A DNA stretch of 64,000 nucleotides from a virus. Positions 38,077 to 48,511 of this stretch are shown piece after piece. The stretch's first letter is position 1. Each line of letters starts with the position of its first letter. A program made the translations under genes and the position numbers. Location of the stretch: the IMG/VR virus record IMGVR_UViG_3300037294_000405, positions 1 through 64,000 of that record; one strand, 5' to 3'. Under the pieces are notes generated by a model that did not search any database, was not told the origin of the DNA, and saw only the letters and a program-made list of their open reading frames with translations.

Positions 38077-39894
38077 ATGGCATTTAGAACAAAATTAGAT
38101 TTTTCTAACAATAGACAAGTTAAACAAGACATAGAAACAACTACTGTTTTATCTGGTGCGACTAATTTTGGTGTACCGTTTGGTAATCTACCAACAGGTC
38201 CAAACCTTTTAACTAGTGGTGTAACTCAAAATTATTTTGTTTTGAGTGATTTTTCTGGGAATAATACAACAACAAATTTTACGTGGGGTGACCCTATTAT
38301 GGTCTTAGGTGAACCATATTTATCTGCAATAACACCCACTAATTCGGCAACAACTCAAACAATCGACCCCGTTTTTTATTCTGAAACAACAACTGTAATT
38401 GATGGAAATTTAGTAAATTTAACATACACTGGTTTTTCATACGATGTAGATGTTTTAACTATGGATGATTTAGGTGGTGGAAATTATAGTGGTACGGTAC
38501 AAACTAACGACTTATTTTATTTATCAGCTGGGACTTTAGATTTTACTGGAAGAACAATATGGGCTGACGTGTCTGGTATTACAAGAACCGATAGATTAAT
38601 TGTTACAAATAACCCACAAGTAGGTTATGTATTGACATGCATCGACTCTGAAGGCATGGTTGGGTTTTTACCTAGTTCTGGTGGTACTAGTGGGTTAACA
38701 CCAAGTATTTGGGTGGCTGGAACTGGTATTTCTTCAGCAGTATTGAGTGGGTCTGGTGGTTTTGCTAGTGGAGATTATTCTGTTGTTGAGGGTTATTATA
38801 GTTCAGCTTCTGGTTTTAGTAGTCATGCTGAAGGTGCTACTACTGTTGCGTCTGGTGCTTATTCACATAGTGAGGGTAAGGATACATTTGCGACTGGTAA
38901 TAGTAGCCATGCTGAAGGTGATAGTGTAACAGCGATTGGTGTGGGAAGTCATGCTGAAGGTAATGGAACACAAGCTAATGGTGACGCATCACATGCTGAG
39001 GGGGTTGGAACGATAGCTAGTGGTAATGCATCACATGCTGAAGGTAGTGCAACACAGGCTAACGGTATTGCTTCATTTGCTGGTGGTACTAAGACCATAG
39101 CAAATGGTAACACATCTTTTGTTTATGGTTCTGGTTCGACAACTAACGCTGATTATACTATTGTTTTAGGTAACGGTATTACTGGTTCAACAACAAACAC
39201 AACATACGTTGATTATTTAAACATTAAGCGAATACTATCAACAGCATCAGTTAATGATGTTAGAGTTGATGCCAATGGTAATCTTACTACCAATACTTCA
39301 GATGAACGACTTAAAGAAAACATAACACCATTGACTGGTGCGTTGGCTAAAATAAAAGCTCTTCAAGGAGTTACCTATCAATGGAAAGATAGAAAAGCTG
39401 GAACTGATGCTGTCAAATTAGGTTTTATAGCACAACAAGTAGAAATCGTTGAACCTTTATTGGTGTTTACAAATAAAGATGAAGATGGTTATAAAGGATT
39501 ACATATTGATGGTGTGATACCTTTGTTAGTTGAGGCAATTAAAGAGATAACTTCTGGGGTAGCATCTAATCAATTTTTAGAAACACAAACAATATTAGCT
39601 GAAGATAATAATATTGATTTGAATTATAATGGTACAGCGGAAACAGGGGTTGATGGTGGAATCAGAGTTTTACACGCAAAAGGTAGTGATTTATCAGCTG
39701 ATTTAGTTACAGATTCAGAAGGTAACTGGACCACAAATAATGATTTTAAACCTAACACATTAACAATACCACAATACACACCAACTTCATCTAGTGATAT
39801 GTTTGGAACATTAGGTAACATCGCTAGAGATGAGGATTACGTATATGTTAAAACAAGTACTGGGTGGAAACGTGCTAACTTAGAAAGCTTTTAA
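38077..39894 (+). CDS. Tail fibre/adhesin with YadA-head-like SHAEG repeats and intramolecular chaperone (peptidase S74) domain
   Basis: 14-aa ASGxxSHAEG repeats; SDERLKENI...GFIAQQVE...LLVEAIKE. Confidence 0.85.
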   Translation: MAFRTKLDFSNNRQVKQDIETTTVLSGATNFGVPFGNLPTGPNLLTSGVTQNYFVLSDFSGNNTTTNFTWGDPIMVLGEPYLSAITPTNSATTQTIDPVFYSETTTVIDGNLVNLTYTGFSYDVDVLTMDDLGGGNYSGTVQTNDLFYLSAGTLDFTGRTIWADVSGITRTDRLIVTNNPQVGYVLTCIDSEGMVGFLPSSGGTSGLTPSIWVAGTGISSAVLSGSGGFASGDYSVVEGYYSSASGFSSHAEGATTVASGAYSHSEGKDTFATGNSSHAEGDSVTAIGVGSHAEGNGTQANGDASHAEGVGTIASGNASHAEGSATQANGIASFAGGTKTIANGNTSFVYGSGSTTNADYTIVLGNGITGSTTNTTYVDYLNIKRILSTASVNDVRVDANGNLTTNTSDERLKENITPLTGALAKIKALQGVTYQWKDRKAGTDAVKLGFIAQQVEIVEPLLVFTNKDEDGYKGLHIDGVIPLLVEAIKEITSGVASNQFLETQTILAEDNNIDLNYNGTAETGVDGGIRVLHAKGSDLSADLVTDSEGNWTTNNDFKPNTLTIPQYTPTSSSDMFGTLGNIARDEDYVYVKTSTGWKRANLESF

Positions 39895-39896
39895 CG

Positions 39897-41630
39897 ATGG
39901 GAAATATTAAAAATTTTAACTTTAACAAACTAGACCTAAAATTGTCCAATAGCGATTATTGGGACTTTTATTTGGCCAATGATTCCCAAGATGAAATAAA
40001 TTATGGTGGTTTAGATTCTAATGGCTGTTTAGCTGTATGGTATGATTTTAATGACCCTTTGATATATCAAAATAGTATTGGTATAGAAACCATTGTTAGT
40101 TTAGCAGCTTGGGATGGAGCGGTTAATAGTGGTTATACTTTCCCCACATTTGGTTTAACTGGTTTAGATAATGGTAAGTTAAGATATGTTAAATCGTTTG
40201 GCGATGAGTCTAATATTGGTTTATTAGATATTTTAAATACAACTAACTTAACAATACCAGCTAATGATTTTAGATTAAAATTAAATTTAGTTAGTGGTTC
40301 AACCAACCAATTTGTTTACCCTATCGAGTTGGTTAATGACACTACCCCTATTGGTACTAGATTAAGACTAAGTGGTGGTTTTTATCAAGGTTTTTATAAA
40401 ATAGATGGTTCAACATATGAAGTATTACCTACTAGGACTAAGAAAGCGTGGGTTGCTGATTTTTGGTTAAATAAAACAGAAATATCGCATACTGGCACTA
40501 CTTTAAATGACTTATACCCTAACAATAAGGGTTTTTTCTTTTACATGGGTACTAGAGCGGAAAATAAATTTTGGAATATTTTTGATGGAAATAATACAGG
40601 CTGCACAATAAATTGCACATCTGATACAGGTTGTACTGATACGATAACAAATTTTTGTACAACAATTAAAGAAACAACTATTGATATTTTAGATGAACCA
40701 TCTAGTATTATGGTGCCTTTAAGTCCCCCACAAATAAAAATTGAAAAAATCACAAACCAATTTTTGATTTATGGTAGAGCTGATGATAATTATAAGTGCA
40801 ACAAATGTGGTTCGGGTAGAGACAACCGACCATTTGGTCGTGAAACAGTTTGTTCTTATAGTGGTGGTGGTATTTTTGTTAGTAGTTTAGAAACAAAAAA
40901 AACAGATTATACTAACCCATTTTTGGTTTATGGTAGAGCAAAAGATAACCAAACATGTACTGGTTGTGGTAATAGAACTAGTGATGGTTATGGTCGTGAA
41001 ACAGTTTGTTCTTATAGTGGTGATAGCGAACCTAAATATGAAGTAGATAAAGATGTAGACATAATTGATAACGCTGTTGGTTTTAGAATTAAAGACGATG
41101 GTAGTATTGGTTATAGAAGCTTAAAATTGACTGGTCAGTGTAGTGACGATATTTATGTTACTGGTGTTACAATAGATGAACATTATTCACCAGCTGGTAT
41201 TGTAAAAGATGATGAATGGAGTAAAATAAGTATACGTTTTGTTGCAAATGAAACGTATACTGAACAAGAATTAATATGTAAAAATAGAAGAAAAGGGCGT
41301 TTAATGATTTATGTTAATTGTAGATTAAAAGTCGTTTTTGATAATTTTGAAGAGTTTATAGCTAAAAGATTAGACGAATATTACGCCAAACAAATTGGCG
41401 TACCGTTTAATCTAAGTATTGGAGGTGGTTCACAAGGATTGCTAGAAAACATGACTTTTGATGGGCAAGATATTAATGATTTAGGTTTAAACATAGAGAG
41501 AAATTTTGCTGGTACTTTTATCGGTGAAATATCAGAGTTTAAGTTTAACATTTGTGATATAACTTTTAACGATATAGATATCAGTTGTAAAGTAGATGGT
41601 GGGAAATATGGTTTACCAAGCAATAGATAG
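39897..41630 (+). CDS. Putative virion protein with Cys-rich internal repeat
   Basis: 577-aa ORF; FLxYGRA...CxxC...GRETVCSYSG x2. Confidence 0.75.
   Translation: MGNIKNFNFNKLDLKLSNSDYWDFYLANDSQDEINYGGLDSNGCLAVWYDFNDPLIYQNSIGIETIVSLAAWDGAVNSGYTFPTFGLTGLDNGKLRYVKSFGDESNIGLLDILNTTNLTIPANDFRLKLNLVSGSTNQFVYPIELVNDTTPIGTRLRLSGGFYQGFYKIDGSTYEVLPTRTKKAWVADFWLNKTEISHTGTTLNDLYPNNKGFFFYMGTRAENKFWNIFDGNNTGCTINCTSDTGCTDTITNFCTTIKETTIDILDEPSSIMVPLSPPQIKIEKITNQFLIYGRADDNYKCNKCGSGRDNRPFGRETVCSYSGGGIFVSSLETKKTDYTNPFLVYGRAKDNQTCTGCGNRTSDGYGRETVCSYSGDSEPKYEVDKDVDIIDNAVGFRIKDDGSIGYRSLKLTGQCSDDIYVTGVTIDEHYSPAGIVKDDEWSKISIRFVANETYTEQELICKNRRKGRLMIYVNCRLKVVFDNFEEFIAKRLDEYYAKQIGVPFNLSIGGGSQGLLENMTFDGQDINDLGLNIERNFAGTFIGEISEFKFNICDITFNDIDISCKVDGGKYGLPSNR
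40835..41022 (+). repeat. Identical 32-nt direct repeat (period 156 nt) inside CDS
   Basis: TGGTCGTGAAACAGTTTGTTCTTATAGTGGTG at 40835 and 40991. Confidence 0.85.
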
Positions 41631-41717
41631 CTTGAAACTGATTTAACAATTTTTGGTGATGGAGACAACCAATTTTATATTATAGATAAAGAATAAAAAA
41701 TTATATTAAAAAAAACT

Positions 41718-42092
41718 ATGGAATTTCACATAAATAAAGACTCAACATTACCAGTATTAAAATTAGAATTAATAAATGATGGTAGAAACGATTTTAAAAA
41801 ATTTAACTATAAAATTCAAAACGCAAATATATTTTTTACCATGACCGATGTTATAACTGGTGTTAAACGTATTGCTAGAAAATTAACGACTATTGAACAA
41901 GTAGAACCTAGAACCGATTGTACAGGTGATGAATTTTATTTAACTTTTAAGTTTAATAAAAAACAAACTAGCCACTCTGGTAGGTATGTGGGCCAATTTG
42001 AAATTGATTTCTTAGATGGCTCTGGTAATTTAATAGTACCTATTAGGGAAGAGTTATTTATCAATATATTAGATGGGAGTATAAAAAAATAA
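41718..42092 (+). CDS. BppU-N/Ig-like small structural protein
   Basis: FHINKDSTLPVLKLEL...GRYVGQFEIDF...LIVP pattern. Confidence 0.6.
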   Translation: MEFHINKDSTLPVLKLELINDGRNDFKKFNYKIQNANIFFTMTDVITGVKRIARKLTTIEQVEPRTDCTGDEFYLTFKFNKKQTSHSGRYVGQFEIDFLDGSGNLIVPIREELFINILDGSIKK

Positions 42093-42100
42093 CTATTTAG

Positions 42101-42199
42101 TTGCAATATTAAGAATAAAATCGTAACTTTGTAAACTACAAAGTTAAAAAAATATTTTGTGTTTTTACTTGTCAGATTCATTTTTGTTTAGTACCTTTG
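42101..42199 (+). promoter_or_regulatory. Tandem Bacteroidota-type promoters of the DNA polymerase, with hairpin
   Basis: TAACTTTG 42124-42131 and TACCTTTG 42192-42199, each about 20 nt after TTG; hairpin 42124-42146. Confidence 0.65.
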
Positions 42200-42214
42200 T
42201 AAAAAAATATAACA

Positions 42215-45200
42215 ATGAGTCAAACAAAAACAAAGGTAAGTAATGAACTTATCGAGTCTTTCCTTCAAGGTACCGACCCACAACAATACATAGTAGCGAT
42301 AGAAGCTAATTATGATAAACCAATGGTTACGCTTGTAATCAACGACAAAGATGCCACCCCAACCAAAAGGTTAGAGGACCACCCTTATAAACCATTTCTA
42401 TGGTTTAAGGATAGTGTGATTGATAAATTATACGGTGGTAAGCGTATGAAAGTAATAGAAGCATGTAGAAAATACGATATTAAAATTACATTACTTAGAA
42501 CTAATGATGACGAAGGGAATATCCCATTACGTATTGAAAACGGTTACAAGTACATGGCTATATGTAAAAAATCATACAATAACCTAGTAAATTTTTTTAA
42601 AGAAGGTGGTGTTGACGTGTTTAGTAAAGACAAAAATAGAGAATTTGTTATATTTAGTCCTACTGAACAATTTCTTATTCAAACAGGTAAGCGTTTATTT
42701 AAAGGAATGGATGATTATGACGATGTGCATAGATTTCAATTTGACTTAGAGACTGAGGGGTTATACGCTAGCAAAAACGCAATATTTCAAATTGGGGTTA
42801 GAGATAATCGAGGTTTGGAAGAAGTAATGGAAGTTAAAGGAACTAACGGCTACGAAAAACGTGATTCAGAAAGAGAAACTATCCAGAAATTCTTTAGAGT
42901 AATCGATATGGTTAAACCAGATATAATTACTGGTTATAATTCTGAAAATTTTGACTGGCCTTTCTTATTTGAACGTGCTGAACGTTTATCTGTTCCAATC
43001 ACTGAATTAGCTATCACCCTTAATAGGATTTCTAAGATTAAACGTAAACCATCAACACTTAAGTTAGGTGGTGAAACAGAAGCTTACAACCAGACACATA
43101 TGTATGGTTATAATATCATTGATATTTCACATGCTGTACGTAGAGCGATGGCAATTAATACTGAAATTAAATCATGGGGTTTAAAGTACATCACACAATA
43201 TTCCGAAATAGCTAAACCTAATCGTGTTTATGTACCTGGGGATAAAATTAATTCAACTTGGGCTGATAAGTTAAACGATTACGCTTTCAACGATGAAAAT
43301 GGTGATTGGTTTAAAATTACAGACAAGAACCCATTAAAAGAGAATTATATTAAAACTACTGGTCAATTTATTGTACAACGATACTTATGTGATGACCTTT
43401 GGGAAACTGAACAAATCGATAACATATTCAACCAAGCTAGTTTCCTTATTGCAAAGATGTTACCAACAACACTCCAACGTTCATCAACAATGGGTACTGC
43501 TGGTCAATGGAAACTTATCATGGCTGCATGGTCTTATGAAAATGGTTTAGCTATTCCAGAAACACAAACAAAAAGAGAATTTACTGGTGGTCTTTCTCGT
43601 CTACTAGAAGTAGGATACGCTAGAAATGTGGTAAAGCTGGATTATGCAGCTCTTTACCCTAAAACACAGCTTACACACAACATTTTTCCAGACTTAGATA
43701 TTAGTGGTGTAATGGAGGGAATCTTGACCTATGTGGTTGATACACGTGATAAGTTTAAATTCTTAAACGGTAAAGAAAAGAAAATCTACAAAAATTTAGA
43801 AACAAAACTTAAAGAGGAAAAAACTTTATTAGACAAAGAAAAAGAAACACTTAAAAAAGAAATACAAGAACATAAAGCTTTAGCTAACTTGTACGATAAA
43901 AAACAATTACCGCTTAAAATTCTTGGCAACTCATGGTTTGGTTCATACGGTGCACCTCATATTTTTAATTGGGGTGATACTGATTCAGCAGAAGAAACAA
44001 CATGTCGTGGTCGTCAGTATTTACGTTTGATGGTTCGACACTTTACTGAAACACATGGGTTTCGTGCACTAGTTGGTGATACCGATGGATTTAACTTTTC
44101 ATTTCCAGACAACGTTAATGACATAAAATATATAGCCAAGGGTAGCCATTGGAAAACAACGGAGGATGCTGGAAAAGAATTATCTGGGCTAGATGCTGTG
44201 TTGGCTGAGTTTAACGAAAATTATATGGAAGGTCGTATGGGGTTAGATATTGACGATATTTGTAATTCTACAATTAATTTTGCTCGTAAAAACTACGCTA
44301 ACGATATTGGTGGAAAGATTAAACTAGTAGGTAACTCGGTAAAATCTAAAAGAATGTCTGTTTACATAGAAGATTTCTTGGGTAAATCTATTCGTATGTT
44401 GTTAGACGGTGATGGTCATTCATTCATTAATTATTATTATGAATATGTCGATAGAATTTATAATTACCAAATACCTTTGGTTAAAATAGCTTCTAAAGCT
44501 AAAGTTAAGTTATCAATGACTGATTACAAGAAAAAAGCTACGATGAAAAATAAAGCTGGTAACCCATTACCTAAACAAGCACACATGGAACTAGCCATGA
44601 GAGAAGCTTTAGATATTACTTTAGGTGATGTTTTATATTACATAAATATTGGTACCTCTAAATCACAAGGTGACTTAAAAACAGTTGAGATTAATAAAAT
44701 GACTAAGAAACAAGCTGATGCTTGGAAATTGGAAAATCCAGATATGTCATTACCAGTTGTTAGGAAAGAGGTTCAATTAAACAGTAAATTAATAGACCCA
44801 GAGACTGTTGAGCGTGATTTTGAACTGATTAAAGAACTCGAAATGTTGAAAAAAGCAGTTGCTGCTTTGGAAGAAGGTGATGGGAATATTGAAGCACTAA
44901 AACTTAGAATGGAAAGCATTGATTCTCAACTATTCACCGATGAGTATAATGTTGCTCGTTACTTAGACGCATTTAATAAAAAAGTTAAACCATTATTAGT
45001 TTGTTTTGACCCAGAAATACGTGATAACATTCTTTTAGATATTGTTAAGATAAAAGATAAAGAAACTAAAAAAGTAACTGAAAAGTTAAAAGAAAGACAA
45101 ATATTCACTAGAAATGAATGTGAGTTGGTTTCTGGTATGCCTTTTAAGGAAGCTGACCAAGATTCTTACCAAGACCTAATGCGAATGGAAGATAAAGAAA

Positions 45201-46024
45201 TAAAGTTTTGGGATAAAGTTGATAAGTTACCAAATAACATGGAAGAAACTGAATGGGAAAAACTTAGAGTTGATTACCACGAACGTATGCGTATCGCTAA
45301 AATAGAAGGTCTTATTCGTGAAAAAGAAACGATAGAAGATATAATTAAACATTTAGAACTTAACGATTTAAAAAAAGCAATGCAAGGTGTGTTGCCTGTA
45401 GATATATTAGTTTTTTGCGATATTTCAGATGATGATTCGTTTTCACTTATTTCTAGAAAATGGCATGAACCATTATGTTATTTTAACGATATATTTAAGT
45501 ATGAAAAACAAGCAGTAGAACGAGATAACTACTACAAAATAGTTGGTAAAGAAAATGAGGATAATCGGTATGAAGAATGGTTAGATTATTTAGCCGAGTG
45601 TAAAGTAATGACTGGGGAAACAATAAGTTACGAATTTGAAACCATTGTTGACACTAAAAATATGAGTTTTGTGCTTGATAAGGTAAAAGAAAATTCATCC
45701 AACGTGGTTGTTGAACAAATAGTAGAGGTTAAAAAAAAGCGTGTTATGTCTGAAGGTGATGATGAAGATGATGAAATTGAAGAGGATGAAGATGGTAATT
45801 TAGTTAGAAATGATGAAGATTTAAAATTAGATGATGAATTTGATGACACGTATGGTGAGGTACCAGAAGGGTATGTAGTCGATGATACACCGTACTATGT
45901 TGATGCTGACGAACTGGCTAGTGTAAACGGAATGGATGAAGAAGCTGAATTACAACAACCAGAACCACCTAAACCAGTGGTAGAGTTTAAAAAAGAAGAA
46001 CCAGAAGATGATTGGGGTTTCTAG
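42215..46024 (+). CDS. Family B DNA polymerase
   Basis: Exo FDLETEG, GYNSENFD; Pol DYAALYP, KILGNSWFG, GDTDG, KNYA. Confidence 0.95.
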   Translation: MSQTKTKVSNELIESFLQGTDPQQYIVAIEANYDKPMVTLVINDKDATPTKRLEDHPYKPFLWFKDSVIDKLYGGKRMKVIEACRKYDIKITLLRTNDDEGNIPLRIENGYKYMAICKKSYNNLVNFFKEGGVDVFSKDKNREFVIFSPTEQFLIQTGKRLFKGMDDYDDVHRFQFDLETEGLYASKNAIFQIGVRDNRGLEEVMEVKGTNGYEKRDSERETIQKFFRVIDMVKPDIITGYNSENFDWPFLFERAERLSVPITELAITLNRISKIKRKPSTLKLGGETEAYNQTHMYGYNIIDISHAVRRAMAINTEIKSWGLKYITQYSEIAKPNRVYVPGDKINSTWADKLNDYAFNDENGDWFKITDKNPLKENYIKTTGQFIVQRYLCDDLWETEQIDNIFNQASFLIAKMLPTTLQRSSTMGTAGQWKLIMAAWSYENGLAIPETQTKREFTGGLSRLLEVGYARNVVKLDYAALYPKTQLTHNIFPDLDISGVMEGILTYVVDTRDKFKFLNGKEKKIYKNLETKLKEEKTLLDKEKETLKKEIQEHKALANLYDKKQLPLKILGNSWFGSYGAPHIFNWGDTDSAEETTCRGRQYLRLMVRHFTETHGFRALVGDTDGFNFSFPDNVNDIKYIAKGSHWKTTEDAGKELSGLDAVLAEFNENYMEGRMGLDIDDICNSTINFARKNYANDIGGKIKLVGNSVKSKRMSVYIEDFLGKSIRMLLDGDGHSFINYYYEYVDRIYNYQIPLVKIASKAKVKLSMTDYKKKATMKNKAGNPLPKQAHMELAMREALDITLGDVLYYINIGTSKSQGDLKTVEINKMTKKQADAWKLENPDMSLPVVRKEVQLNSKLIDPETVERDFELIKELEMLKKAVAALEEGDGNIEALKLRMESIDSQLFTDEYNVARYLDAFNKKVKPLLVCFDPEIRDNILLDIVKIKDKETKKVTEKLKERQIFTRNECELVSGMPFKEADQDSYQDLMRMEDKEIKFWDKVDKLPNNMEETEWEKLRVDYHERMRIAKIEGLIREKETIEDIIKHLELNDLKKAMQGVLPVDILVFCDISDDDSFSLISRKWHEPLCYFNDIFKYEKQAVERDNYYKIVGKENEDNRYEEWLDYLAECKVMTGETISYEFETIVDTKNMSFVLDKVKENSSNVVVEQIVEVKKKRVMSEGDDEDDEIEEDEDGNLVRNDEDLKLDDEFDDTYGEVPEGYVVDDTPYYVDADELASVNGMDEEAELQQPEPPKPVVEFKKEEPEDDWGF

Positions 46025-46031
46025 AAATAAT

Positions 46032-46055
46032 AAAGGGGCTTACGCCCCTTTTTTT
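46032..46055. terminator. Bidirectional intrinsic terminator
   Basis: AAAGGGGC-TTAC-GCCCCTTTTTTT. Confidence 0.88.
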
Positions 46056-46058
46056 ATT

Positions 46059-46136
46059 TTAATAAACCCAGAACCCTAGTGGTCTGTATTTCATCGATGT
46101 ATTTAAGTCTGTTGCTTCTTTAGCACCTCTTTCTAA
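46059..46136 (-). pseudogene. Orphaned former 3' end of the neck protein gene (LERGAKEATDLNTSMKYRPLGFWVY*)
   Basis: Near-copy of 47077-47154 (LERGALEAGYLNTSMKYRPLGFWVY*). Confidence 0.92.
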
Positions 46137-46185
46137 TTTTTTTTTTATCTTTTTAAATTTATCACATATTTATTATTAAAAAGAT

Positions 46186-47097
46186 ATGTGTATTAAAAGA
46201 ACAAACAGTAAAGGGACAACAGAGGGTTTTATAATTAAATCTAAAAACATTCACGGAGATAAATTTGATTATTCTAGAGTTATTTATATTAAAAGTAAAG
46301 AAAAAGTGAAAATTATTTGTTTATATCATGGGGAGTTTGAACAAACACCAGATAACCATATAAATAATAAGCAAGGTTGTCCACTATGTGCTAATAATGT
46401 TAAACTTTCCACTAAAGAATTTATAAAAAAATGTAACCAAATACATAATTTTAGATACGAATATTTAGTTACAATATATATAAATGATAAGACTAAAGTG
46501 TTAATAACTTGTAACTTACACGGTGTATTTGAACAAAAGGCTGGTAATCATTTTAGGGGGGATGGTTGTCCAAAATGTAGTGGTAATTATATGGATACAA
46601 ATTATTTTATTAACAAGGTTAAATTAATTCATGGGGGTAAGTATGATTATTCGTTAACTAATTATATATCACAACAAAAAAAAATAAAAATAATTTGTCC
46701 AAAACACGGTATGTTTAAACAAAACCCAAATAATCATATTAATGGTAATGGTTGCCCTATTTGTAAAGAATCTAAGGGTGAGCGTTTTATTAGTGAATTT
46801 CTAATAAATAATAATATTAATTTTATCCCACAATATAGGTTTAGTGATTGTAGGGATATATTACCATTACCTTTTGACTTTTATTTACCAGATTATAATA
46901 CATGTATCGAATTTAATGGGAGACAACATTATATACCAATAAAAATTTGGGGTGGGGATAATACTTTAAAAGAAATTAAGAAAAGAGATAAGATAAAAAT
47001 GGAATATTGTACCACTAACAATATTCCATTAATAAGTATTAAATATAATCAAAACATATTATCTAAATTGAATTATTTAATAAACCCAAAAACCTAA
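46186..47097 (+). CDS. Free-standing endonuclease: three Zn-binding repeats (DUF723-like) plus Vsr/DUF559-like PD-(D/E)XK domain
   Basis: IHGxKYDYS...IICPxHGxFxQ...GCPxC x3; LPFDFYLPDYNTCIEFNGRQHY...RDKIK. Confidence 0.85.
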   Translation: MCIKRTNSKGTTEGFIIKSKNIHGDKFDYSRVIYIKSKEKVKIICLYHGEFEQTPDNHINNKQGCPLCANNVKLSTKEFIKKCNQIHNFRYEYLVTIYINDKTKVLITCNLHGVFEQKAGNHFRGDGCPKCSGNYMDTNYFINKVKLIHGGKYDYSLTNYISQQKKIKIICPKHGMFKQNPNNHINGNGCPICKESKGERFISEFLINNNINFIPQYRFSDCRDILPLPFDFYLPDYNTCIEFNGRQHYIPIKIWGGDNTLKEIKKRDKIKMEYCTTNNIPLISIKYNQNILSKLNYLINPKT

Positions 47098-48216
47098 AGG
47101 TCTGTATTTCATCGATGTATTTAAGTATCCAGCCTCAAGAGCTCCACGTTCTAGTTGTGTTGTGGATGAAAGTCTAAGTAGTCTAGCCTCCAATCTTTCT
47201 AACACAGCTTTTTTCTCTTCATTACCTTCGGAGATAAGTGTTTCATAATCCATAGTTCTTTCTGCTTCTGGAGGTCCAACAACCCCACCAAACTTACCTC
47301 TAGTTCTACCTAAAGCTCTTTTAGCTTCTGCAATAAATAATTGACGAATAAGTGTTTTTGTTGGTTCGTTAAATTCAGCGTAATCTAATCTGGCTAAAGG
47401 GACTTGGTTTGGCATTTTAATTATATCTGGGTTATCCTCTTTACATTTATCTAAATTTTCTGGAGTCGTGTCATAATAATGATACCAAACTTGGCAACCT
47501 GTCATATTTATTGAGCTACCTACCCCACCCATTCCTTGTCCAAATGATAATTTAGAGCCAGGAGTACTCATTAAATGCAATAATTTAGTACCATTTGGAC
47601 CAGCAGTAACTTTGTGAACTAATTCACTTCTAACGATACGATTTTTTAAGTTCATATCGGCAGCCGTTAAAAGAATATCAAAAGCTGGTGCGATATAATA
47701 ACCTTGTCTACCGTTAGGACCACCTGTACCAACGCCACCACCTGTTTGTGCAAACCCACCACCAAAACCGTAATCAATACCACCATAGTTAGCCAATAAT
47801 GCTTGACTAGTTGGAGGAGGGGTAACCCATAATACTTCATTTATTTCACGACCAGCTGGAATAACATAAACTTGTCTACCAGCCTCAATTTCAACGTAGT
47901 CTTTTTTTAACTCCCACGGACCATTAGACTGCAAACCAACTTGTTTTGAGTACGCATAAGTATATTGTGTCATGAAATCAAAATTTCTAACACTCAAAGC
48001 AAATGCCATGTCTGTCGTATCTAAATTTTGCCCTAATAAAGATTGCCATTGGTGTTCAACTAACCATTCTTGGACATATTGAGCATAGTCCTCTATTGAA
48101 ATTTCTAATAGGGTACAAAGTTGCTCATCTTCCAATTCAATTTTACGCACTGGTGCGCCCAATGAATGTCTGAATTGTCGAAATAATTTTTCTTTTTCTT
48201 CTATAGTTACTGACAT
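47077..48216 (-). CDS. Neck protein (T4 gp13-like)
   Basis: LGAPVRKIELEDEQL; C-terminal LGRTRGKF...LISEGNEE. Confidence 0.8.
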   Translation of the reverse strand: MSVTIEEKEKLFRQFRHSLGAPVRKIELEDEQLCTLLEISIEDYAQYVQEWLVEHQWQSLLGQNLDTTDMAFALSVRNFDFMTQYTYAYSKQVGLQSNGPWELKKDYVEIEAGRQVYVIPAGREINEVLWVTPPPTSQALLANYGGIDYGFGGGFAQTGGGVGTGGPNGRQGYYIAPAFDILLTAADMNLKNRIVRSELVHKVTAGPNGTKLLHLMSTPGSKLSFGQGMGGVGSSINMTGCQVWYHYYDTTPENLDKCKEDNPDIIKMPNQVPLARLDYAEFNEPTKTLIRQLFIAEAKRALGRTRGKFGGVVGPPEAERTMDYETLISEGNEEKKAVLERLEARLLRLSSTTQLERGALEAGYLNTSMKYRPLGFWVY

Positions 48217-48255
48217 AATAATTTTGTTTTATTATAAATATCAATAAGTTTTAAT

Positions 48256-48510
48256 TTAAGCTAAAAACTTCTTAGTTATCTCAACAGCTTCACTAATTGA
48301 TTGGAAGGAGACATTAGGTACCAATAATTGTCTATCTATTTTTATTACTGGGACTTCTTCAGCTTTTGAGACTTTAGAAATTTCATCCCATTCTTTAATA
48401 TTTTCTTCTAAGTTTATGTTTACGTCACGATATTTAATCCCTTGTGAATCGTAAATCTCTTTTAATTCCTTACAATAAGGGCATTCTGGGAAACTATAAA
48501 TTGTTATCAT
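48256..48510 (-). CDS. Glutaredoxin (NrdH-like)
   Basis: IYSFPECPYC, VPVIKI. Confidence 0.85.
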   Translation of the reverse strand: MITIYSFPECPYCKELKEIYDSQGIKYRDVNINLEENIKEWDEISKVSKAEEVPVIKIDRQLLVPNVSFQSISEAVEITKKFLA

Positions 48511-48511
48511 A

